Part shown: positions 49,232 through 56,645 of the stretch, piece after piece
Layout: each line of letters opens with the position of its first letter
Position numbering within the stretch: position 1 is the first letter of the stretch
Source: a virus
Virus record (IMG/VR): IMGVR_UViG_3300018494_000126
Strand: one strand, 5' to 3'
DNA length: 64,000 nt
The notes under the pieces: model-generated
What the model was told of the DNA's origin: nothing
What the model saw: the letters and a program-made list of their open reading frames with translations, nothing else
Database searches by the model: none
Position numbers and translations under genes: made by a program

Positions 49232-49720
49232 TTATCCTACGGATTCTTCATCCGATTCTACAATTGGTTTTGTTACTGCATATGTGCGTTTAATACGTTC
49301 CATTTCTATTTCATTTTTCTTTTGGGCATTTGTCTCAAAAAATGCCTTTAGCATATAGCCTAGACCTATAGCTACAATCTCAGTAATTATAGCAATACCA
49401 AGTGTTTCAGCAATTTGGTCTTTACCAAGAAAAGCTAGTACAAAACAAAATTGCACATCAATCAATGAAACAGTAAGAATAATATCCACCCATTTTTTTG
49501 TATATTGCTTAACTTTCTTTCTATCTTTTTCAGAAAGATTATCATCAACTAAATCAACGTCCAACACATCTGTCTTATCATCAATATTAATAATCGTAGC
49601 ATCAGGTCTGATAAAATGAGTAGAACCGTAAGCAACTTGTTTACGACAAAACCAATTCTTTATTTTGTTCCAAATTTTCTTTATCCAAGACATAAGTTCA
49701 CCTCCTAAAGAACAGTGCAT
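49232..49720 (-). CDS. membrane protein (lysis cassette)
   Basis: Central TM segments; position in lysis cassette. Confidence 0.45.
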   Translation of the reverse strand: MHCSLGGELMSWIKKIWNKIKNWFCRKQVAYGSTHFIRPDATIINIDDKTDVLDVDLVDDNLSEKDRKKVKQYTKKWVDIILTVSLIDVQFCFVLAFLGKDQIAETLGIAIITEIVAIGLGYMLKAFFETNAQKKNEIEMERIKRTYAVTKPIVESDEESVG

Positions 49721-50172
49721 TTACGTTTTGGCATTTTCCATATTAAATTACCCCATATGTAATATCGTGGTTGTGAACCTTTATGTAACCAGTAATAACA
49801 TATAGCGTCGTGGCAAAATACAACTATAAACCCAAAGAAGAACCAAATAATTGAGAACGGTAGACATATCTTGCCATTAAAATAATTAAATGGAAGAGTG
49901 GAATAGTCCCACATGTTTAGATGTAAGTAGTAATAATCCAATGTACCGAATACCATTTCAATACATGTGGTCATTAAACTAATCAAAAAACACTGTAGGG
50001 TTAAATCCATCTTCCATGAAAAACGGTCATTAAGTAGACCGCCGCATACAAAAATTATTCCTCCCGCCAAGGCCATTAGACGGAAGGAATAACCTCTATA
50101 AAATATTTCTATAAATGTATAGGCAGAAGAGCCTATTAAAAATAATAATAATAATTCTAATTTGTTTTTCAT
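49705..50172 (-). CDS. polytopic membrane protein
   Basis: Four or five hydrophobic helices. Confidence 0.45.
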   Translation of the reverse strand: MKNKLELLLLFLIGSSAYTFIEIFYRGYSFRLMALAGGIIFVCGGLLNDRFSWKMDLTLQCFLISLMTTCIEMVFGTLDYYYLHLNMWDYSTLPFNYFNGKICLPFSIIWFFFGFIVVFCHDAICYYWLHKGSQPRYYIWGNLIWKMPKRKCTVL

Positions 50173-50246
50173 AAAGCTCTCCTTTATGTTTACTTATTAT
50201 TTAGCAGTTTACATATACCTTTTATCATCAAAAACATCATACTTAT

Positions 50247-50561
50247 ATGAACAGAAGTTTACAGAATCTAATGATGTTTGATACTGAAAACTTTATTGAA
50301 ATAAAAAATATTGCTTCTGGTGGAATAACTGGAACGTACACTGTGCCAGATAATACTGTTGGAATGTTAAAAGTTTATGCCAGTTTGTCGGCAAATACAT
50401 CTTTTTATGTAAATATTAACGGTTACTCAGTTAAAAAAATACAGACTGGTGAAAATAGTTTCTGGATACATGACTTAATCCCATTAGTTGTTCACAGTGG
50501 AGATGTTATTGACTACAAAGCACCAGCCGCATTTACGCTTCATTTATTACCGAGAAAATAG
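50247..50561 (+). CDS. small beta-rich protein, TYTVP-family paralog (antisense to late operon)
   Basis: GITGTYTVPDNTVGMLKV shared with 53010 and 54067 ORFs; no obvious ribosome-binding site. Confidence 0.45.
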   Translation: MNRSLQNLMMFDTENFIEIKNIASGGITGTYTVPDNTVGMLKVYASLSANTSFYVNINGYSVKKIQTGENSFWIHDLIPLVVHSGDVIDYKAPAAFTLHLLPRK

Positions 50562-50576
50562 ATAACTTCTGAAAAT

Positions 50577-51077
50577 TTACCTTAATCCAATTTTATAAAC
50601 AGTGCTACTAGATTCAAAATTATTTGTTTTTACAACATCACCAGCCTTGCAACGTATTGGTGAGAATGTAAGTGAAATACCTTCTCCAACTAAAGCATTA
50701 ACGACGTAAGTGTTAATGCTTACTTGTTGATTTTTTGTACTCTTATTCATATAAGTCCTTATATAACAATCTTCTGTAAGTGTAACGGTTGTATTTGTTC
50801 CGTCTATAATTTTTTCACGATTAGCAAAGTCTGGTGCTAAACTTCTGTTCAAATCACTAACTACCGTTGCATCAGCAGCATATCCAGTTTCAGTTACGTT
50901 TGTACTGGTAGTAATTCCTTTAACAGAACCTAAATTAGTTTCCAAATTGTTATTTGCATCTTCACCATCACCAAATAGAATATCTTTTGCCTTAGTGATA
51001 AATGAATACCATTTCCAGCCCGTAGCTGTTTTTTGTCTATATTTCTTTCCATCTACGCTTGTTTCATTAATAGCCAT
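50577..51077 (-). CDS. small tail-associated protein, same paralog family
   Basis: N-terminal VDGKKYRQKTATGWKWYSF; C-terminal VNALVGEGIS similar to INAVVGDTIS of the 53353 ORF. Confidence 0.5.
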   Translation of the reverse strand: MAINETSVDGKKYRQKTATGWKWYSFITKAKDILFGDGEDANNNLETNLGSVKGITTSTNVTETGYAADATVVSDLNRSLAPDFANREKIIDGTNTTVTLTEDCYIRTYMNKSTKNQQVSINTYVVNALVGEGISLTFSPIRCKAGDVVKTNNFESSSTVYKIGLR

Positions 51078-51110
51078 AAGATGTTCTCCTTTCTAAATTA
51101 AAAGAAGCCA

Positions 51111-51611
51111 TTAAGTAAATTCCTCAATGGCTTCATAAATATCGTTCTCACAAATTAAAGTGAGTGTTTTGTTATCTACATCAACACTGCAATTACTATC
51201 ATTAATAACAGCAATAGTAGAATCTAATGTAGCTTCTTCTAATTTTAATACATATTTATCAATTGGGTAACCCCCACCTAACCAAAATTCTCCCTCTGCT
51301 ATATTATCAGGAGGAATCAATTCTCTAAAAAAATGTGGATTTGTTTTAGTCTTTTTTGCTACATGGTTTTGTAATGTAGAAACTCTATTTTCAATTGCAT
51401 TTAAAAAGCAAGCAAATAGACCACTAATACCTTCTTGATTATTAATGTAATTAGAAGCGCGTGTATATTGACCAAGTGATATATATTTCTGAAACTGGTT
51501 CATAATATCAATTTGGTCAATTGTGACATCCTGAAAAAAGATATTGTTATCTATTTTATCAGGATAGAATGAATCTGGGGAACATAACATTATTAAATAC
51601 CCCCAATCCAC
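51111..51611 (-). CDS. hypothetical late protein
   Basis: 166-aa ORF in late operon. Confidence 0.5.
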   Translation of the reverse strand: MDWGYLIMLCSPDSFYPDKIDNNIFFQDVTIDQIDIMNQFQKYISLGQYTRASNYINNQEGISGLFACFLNAIENRVSTLQNHVAKKTKTNPHFFRELIPPDNIAEGEFWLGGGYPIDKYVLKLEEATLDSTIAVINDSNCSVDVDNKTLTLICENDIYEAIEEFT

Positions 51612-51922
51612 ACATCATTTTCATTTGCTATCGGCTCATCTGCGCCAGAATGCACACATTGTTGAGCAGCTCTTGCAAAAATTTGAGTATTATGAACTTC
51701 TTCTTCAATAGTTCTAAACCATTCACTACCAACCGCTCGATTAATAAGACGGTCGCTATTTTCTCGTTCAAGTTTAGCGGCCTCTCCAAATTTTCCAGCC
51801 TGACGTAGTGATTCAATTTCATTCACTAAAGCGGCTACTTCATCAGTAACATCCTGAAAATTATGCAAAGTAATTAAACCTTTAGCGGGAAAGTTGGCAT
51901 ATTCATATTGATAACTTGCCAT
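51593..51922 (-). CDS. hypothetical late protein (XkdW-like size and position)
   Basis: 109-aa ORF following the tail protein. Confidence 0.45.
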   Translation of the reverse strand: MASYQYEYANFPAKGLITLHNFQDVTDEVAALVNEIESLRQAGKFGEAAKLERENSDRLINRAVGSEWFRTIEEEVHNTQIFARAAQQCVHSGADEPIANENDVWIGGI

Positions 51923-51952
51923 CTCTAACTCCTTTCTAGTGGATTAATTCGC

Positions 51953-52828
51953 TTACATAACACTTGCGTAATAATCTGCCAATACTTCTGACTGATATTC
52001 TTCAGGAATTAATACACCATATGTAATAGCTTCAACTTCTTCTTTAGAAGCAAGACTTCTAATATAAATTCGTAAGTCGCGGAAATAAGTTACATGGTAC
52101 ATTACCCATGTATAAGCAGCTGTAGAAATCAAAGCCATATCTTCATCACTAAAATAACGGCAGTGAACGCTTTCATCTGCAATATGCCAAGGCGTTCCTT
52201 TTTCAAACATACCTTGTACAGATACAGAACCCATAACGCTTAACTGGTCATTAGTTGTTAATGAGAATCTATGAGTTGTTCCATCTGTTAAAGTAACATC
52301 AACACCATCTGCAATAATTGCTTGCTGTGTGTTATTCATTTCTGCGACTTTACGTTCAATAACAGAAGAGAGTGGTTCGTTGTAAACAAATACTGCTGTA
52401 AATGTCTGAGATGCACCAATCTTACCCTCTGTAGGAATAGCGGGTGTCCATTCAACAAACTCATAATTTTCATTCGCAACAGGAGTTGGGATAATGAGTT
52501 CTGAATAATTTTCTACAACCTGAGAAGTATTTCCTTTTAAATTACCACCATTACCAGCAGAAAACGAAACAGTAATAGGTGGTTCAACATAGAAACTACC
52601 ATCTAAAGATAATTGATAAGAACGTTCATTAAGAACTTTATATAAAGTGGTGGCATTATGATATTTGTCACCACCAACTTTCGCATTTTGATTTACATCT
52701 AAAAAACAGTCAAAACCATTTAAGTTAGGTTCGACTTCTTTATTAAAAGTTAATGTGACGATTGCACCTGAAACACTAGCGATGGCTTCATGTACACAAT
52801 CTTCATTCAAAAATTTAACATAAGTCAT
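51953..52828 (-). CDS. tail protein with Listeria-Bacteroides-type repeat
   Basis: NENYEFVEWTPAIPTEGKIGASQTFTAVF resembles the Flg_new/InlB B-repeat. Confidence 0.55.
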   Translation of the reverse strand: MTYVKFLNEDCVHEAIASVSGAIVTLTFNKEVEPNLNGFDCFLDVNQNAKVGGDKYHNATTLYKVLNERSYQLSLDGSFYVEPPITVSFSAGNGGNLKGNTSQVVENYSELIIPTPVANENYEFVEWTPAIPTEGKIGASQTFTAVFVYNEPLSSVIERKVAEMNNTQQAIIADGVDVTLTDGTTHRFSLTTNDQLSVMGSVSVQGMFEKGTPWHIADESVHCRYFSDEDMALISTAAYTWVMYHVTYFRDLRIYIRSLASKEEVEAITYGVLIPEEYQSEVLADYYASVM

Positions 52829-53009
52829 AATTCTTTTTTTCCTTTCTAAAAGAATAGTGCGGGTATTAAACCCGCGTTTGGTGTTTATAAAAAATGTTGT
52901 GAGTTAACAAAATAGAATAATATACGTCAGAAGTTTAGGCGGTCTAACATTCGGTTATGACAGTACAAGTGAAAAATATGGCTATTACAAAAAGGAGGCT
53001 GACACAGAT

Positions 53010-53330
53010 GTGTTTGTCCCTTTTAAGTCAAGTGAATGTGAAACAGTAATCTCATATGTGCAAGGCGGCGATAATAAGTCTACAGAAAAAACATACACCG
53101 TTCCATCAGACGGTACATTAAATATTATCGGCATGTTAATACCTGCTGCATATACAATTTGTAAAGTTAATGATATTCAACAGAACATACATACAACATC
53201 TAATACATATTGCAGATTACAAGGAACAATATCAGTGAAAAAAGACGATGTTGTATATATAAAATATGGAAATGGAACAACAACAGGCAGTACTTGTTGT
53301 TGTGTTTCTGCATATTTTATAGCTGATTAA
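53010..53330 (+). CDS. small beta-rich protein, TYTVP-family paralog
   Basis: KTYTVPSDGTLNIIGML; AAAGGAGG ribosome-binding site upstream; GTG start. Confidence 0.45.
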   Translation: MFVPFKSSECETVISYVQGGDNKSTEKTYTVPSDGTLNIIGMLIPAAYTICKVNDIQQNIHTTSNTYCRLQGTISVKKDDVVYIKYGNGTTTGSTCCCVSAYFIAD

Positions 53331-53352
53331 ATGTTCTTTGTTAGTAATTGGT

Positions 53353-53841
53353 TTACTTTGACACTGAGTTCATCCATGTGGCTAAATCATTTATAATTGT
53401 GGTTTCTTCGTTTGTAATTAAATAAACCCTTAATGCTTGCTTGGGATAACCTTTTGTACTAGGTGTTTTGGCAGAAATGGTATCACCAACAACTGCATTT
53501 ATCATAAACGACTTTGTTTTATATGCACCTTGTTTAATAAACGCAACAGCATATGTTCCAAGCGCAGTTTCGTTATGAACGATTTGCCCTTCTGAATATG
53601 TACCACCCTCGCCACTATAACTTGACACCTTTCCGATAAGTGCCAAAGTACAGTCTTTTTTTACTGTTAAAACTTTATTTGTGGAATCCATAGAAAGGTA
53701 CTCATCAAATAATTCTCCCTTTATCACTTCTGATGATAATGTGGCAACATGTATAGTATCTGAAGGACTTGTTTCCATTCCACTGAATAATAACAATTCA
53801 TCACTACCACCATTAAATTTTTTCCATTCAGACCAGCCCAT
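53353..53841 (-). CDS. small tail-associated protein, same paralog family
   Basis: GWSEWKKFNGGSDELLLF N-terminus; KVLTVKKDCTLALIG resembles the TYTVPSDGTLNIIG motif. Confidence 0.5.
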   Translation of the reverse strand: MGWSEWKKFNGGSDELLLFSGMETSPSDTIHVATLSSEVIKGELFDEYLSMDSTNKVLTVKKDCTLALIGKVSSYSGEGGTYSEGQIVHNETALGTYAVAFIKQGAYKTKSFMINAVVGDTISAKTPSTKGYPKQALRVYLITNEETTIINDLATWMNSVSK

Positions 53842-53843
53842 AT

Positions 53844-54128
53844 TTACACCCCACTTTCTTCGGTGTAAACAGAGTAATATAATTCACCGTCTGTTACTTG
53901 GAACTTAACTTGTCCATTTGCTAAACTTCTGAAAGAGTTTTTATGGTTTTTCCGTAAAATAACAATTTTATGCAGAAGTTTAGGTGGATTTTCATTTAAA
54001 ACTGTAGACGGTAAAAAGCAGGTATCAACAGATGGTGGAGAAACATGGTCAAATTTTAGCGGTGGGTTGGATTTACTATGGACGAATCCTAACCCGACAA
54101 GTGCATTTAATGCACAAACATTGTCCAT
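53844..54128 (-). CDS. doubtful ORF overlapping the open upstream frame of 54067(+)
   Basis: 94 aa; overlaps a plus-strand open frame that encodes family-like sequence, so one of the two is probably not expressed. Confidence 0.25.
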   Translation of the reverse strand: MDNVCALNALVGLGFVHSKSNPPLKFDHVSPPSVDTCFLPSTVLNENPPKLLHKIVILRKNHKNSFRSLANGQVKFQVTDGELYYSVYTEESGV

Positions 54129-54426
54129 AGATTTAAGTGGTTATGAAAGCGTGGTTATACAGGCAAAAGGCTGGAACGCAACAGAAACATATACACCATT
54201 AAAAACACTTATACCAAAAGACGGTAAACCTTATGCAATATGTGGTAATCAAGCAAATTATACCGAAAAGGGAGAAATCAGCGAGAGTTTTGGAATGTAT
54301 GTACGATTGGTAACAGTTAATGATGATGGAATTACATTTACAACTGCACATACAAGTTTATCTAATACAAATAATCAAGCCTGTATACCACTTGAAATTT
54401 ACGGTTGCGGTATAAGTTTGGAGTAA
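54067..54426 (+). CDS. small beta-rich protein, paralog (start uncertain)
   Basis: TETYTPLKTLIP motif. In-frame upstream ~190 nt is open with no ATG/GTG and encodes VDGKKQVSTDGGETWSNFSGGLDLLW, similar to N-termini of the 50577 and 53353 ORFs. Confidence 0.4.
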   Translation: MDLLWTNPNPTSAFNAQTLSIDLSGYESVVIQAKGWNATETYTPLKTLIPKDGKPYAICGNQANYTEKGEISESFGMYVRLVTVNDDGITFTTAHTSLSNTNNQACIPLEIYGCGISLE

Positions 54427-54526
54427 ACTAACATGATAACTTTAACATTATTATTTATATGGTTTTTCTGTATGAGCATTATTGAGTATGGAGATTGCAG
54501 ATAAACTGCCAACTATTTTCGCACGG

Positions 54527-54808
54527 TTAATTTAATTGGTTAATACCTTTTGCAATATAAACAATACATTTATTAATCGAACTTGTAGAAGACCACCTTT
54601 GATACGATGCGGTTATTGTTAAAATTCCTGTACTTGCATTATAAGTTTTACTATACGTCACAGTTGTATTAGATGAACTATTTGGGGTTTGGTCTGACGT
54701 AGGCTCATATATTAAATTGTCAACAGTCAAATTCATATAATCAGCATAATATGGACTAATATCAAGGTCTATTTGTTTTGCAGATGTTCTTTGTATAGAT
54801 GAAAACAC
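54527..54808 (-). CDS. small beta-rich protein, paralog (GTG start)
   Basis: KTYNASTGILTITASY resembles the TYTVP motif; frame open upstream to a stop with no ATG. Confidence 0.4.
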   Translation of the reverse strand: MFSSIQRTSAKQIDLDISPYYADYMNLTVDNLIYEPTSDQTPNSSSNTTVTYSKTYNASTGILTITASYQRWSSTSSINKCIVYIAKGINQLN

Positions 54809-54969
54809 TATGCTATATATACCACTAAAAGGGGTTACTGTATCAGCACCGCTTGGAATATAACCCCAATTTCCTTCCGAATCTTGTGCAAATGTAAGTC
54901 CGCCTAAACTTCTGTAAAAATATTCATGATTTCTTACACAAACACATTAAACTTAACTTTCGATTTGTA

Positions 54970-55033
54970 TCATATTAAAAACACACAATATATAGTGAAC
55001 ACAATCCCTAATAAACACTATATATTGTGTGTG
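54970..55033 (-). terminator. rho-independent terminator after tail-fiber gene
   Basis: Perfect 17-bp inverted repeat ACACACAATATATAGTG / CACTATATATTGTGTGT followed on the minus strand by TTTTAATATG. Confidence 0.55.
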
Positions 55034-55089
55034 ATATTGTTTAAAACTATCCTTTCATTGCCATTTTACTGACGAGGGTTATGCTATTG

Positions 55090-56493
55090 TTAAATAAATC
55101 TATAACTTGCTGCAACCGCACTCTTGTTTTTGATAGTTAAATTACCATTACTTGATACACCTAACTCAAAATATATAGCATGGGTTATATTTGTCCTATC
55201 ATCATCCATTCCTGCAAGTTGTGTTACATAAACTGTTGTTGGATTATCATAATTCGCTTTTACAAATAACAAGAATGAGAATGTTGAACTTTTACTACCT
55301 AAATGTCCGTCCAACTGTAATAATTTACCATAAAAATGACTTTCTCCTTGTGCTAAACTCCAATCAGTTTCTTTTGTTGCATTGGCATTAATAACATTGT
55401 CATACTTAATAGTAGTTGCACTATTAATCTGTTGAGCAATTTTGCTACTGCTCCAAGTTGAAGATGTCTTTGTTGAAGTATCATCAATTCTGCCCCAATT
55501 ACTCTCAGGTATTAAAGTCATTTCACTTTCTTCAGCAGGTAAGCTTGTAACCAGTTCCGCAGCGCTATTTCCCTCAACTTTAATGGTTGCCCACTGTCTA
55601 ATTTCAAGATAGTAATAACCATCAGTAGGATAATAATAAAATTTCTGAATCTTATAATTAGGGTCAACTCCATTATACAGAGTATAATCTGTTGCGCTGT
55701 GTGTAGTCCAATCACCATAACTATATCTAACCAATTTCGCAGATTTATATGTACCATCATTAGTCATACCAGTAATTTCAACTTTTCCACCATATTGGTC
55801 TGAAACTATAATAGGTTGGCACGTTGCGGAACTACCTAATTTAAGTTTAAGCCATTTTGTTGAATCTGTTGCATTGTTAAGAAGTTTTACAGCATCTTTC
55901 TTTGTGGCAACCTTATTATCCACATAATCAACCACATCATCACTAACACCACTATCCACGCCCTCATTAGTATGGAAAGCCTTGATGATATATAAAACTC
56001 TCAATGATTTTGGTTGTACTGTATCAGCGTTGCCGTAAATAGGGTTGGATTTGGAAGCGTCAAATGCTACATCAGTAACTGTTGTGGGGTTTCCACCATA
56101 AAGAGCATTAAAAGTTGTACCTTTATAAAAAGCACCTTCTACGTTTTGAGCACCACCTACGTCCATATCTAAGTAACCAGTAATATTAGGCAATCCTGCT
56201 TCAACATATTCACCACTTGTATCAGAACCTTCAAGGAAACGTCCATCACAAAGGTTAGGTACATTGAATGTGCCATCTGAACCACCATAGGTATATCCGA
56301 TAATATCAAATAACTCAGGATAATCTGTTGTTTTATAACTAGCACCATCTGCGAGTAAATAACCTCTTGGAACATTGTCTTTTGTACCTAAATACGGTGT
56401 GATACAACCAATGTGCAAAGTAGAAAAGTTCTTATCGCCTACCGCACCGATTTTAACGCCATTTCGTATAATGAATCCACGTTTATTTTCCAT
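55090..56493 (-). CDS. tail fiber protein
   Basis: Gly/Thr/Asn-rich beta-type composition; shares a ~100-aa module (YGDW...YYYPTDGYYYL...ELVTSLPAEESEMTLIPES) with the 56646 ORF. Confidence 0.65.
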   Translation of the reverse strand: MENKRGFIIRNGVKIGAVGDKNFSTLHIGCITPYLGTKDNVPRGYLLADGASYKTTDYPELFDIIGYTYGGSDGTFNVPNLCDGRFLEGSDTSGEYVEAGLPNITGYLDMDVGGAQNVEGAFYKGTTFNALYGGNPTTVTDVAFDASKSNPIYGNADTVQPKSLRVLYIIKAFHTNEGVDSGVSDDVVDYVDNKVATKKDAVKLLNNATDSTKWLKLKLGSSATCQPIIVSDQYGGKVEITGMTNDGTYKSAKLVRYSYGDWTTHSATDYTLYNGVDPNYKIQKFYYYPTDGYYYLEIRQWATIKVEGNSAAELVTSLPAEESEMTLIPESNWGRIDDTSTKTSSTWSSSKIAQQINSATTIKYDNVINANATKETDWSLAQGESHFYGKLLQLDGHLGSKSSTFSFLLFVKANYDNPTTVYVTQLAGMDDDRTNITHAIYFELGVSSNGNLTIKNKSAVAASYRFI

Positions 56494-56645
56494 AATTTTC
56501 TTTCACCTCTTTCTTAATTTTCTGGGATTGTTGTCAACCCCATTGTCCGAGGTTGTATATTAAAAGTCCCCTTGCAACCGATTAAGGTTACAAGGGGTTT
56601 GTATTGTTTATTGTTTGTTCTCTTGTTAGAGTGGTTATGTTATTG

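Noticed and set aside
48844-49293. Plus-strand ORFs inside minus-strand lysis and tail genes
   Set aside because: Antisense shadows of convincingly annotated minus-strand genes; no ribosome-binding sites. The same applies to 47522-47924, 48172-48685, 51569-51808, 52322-52504, 53681-53908, 55191-55391, 56375-56563, 57294-57861, 60373-60793, 61193-61393 and 61593-61805.
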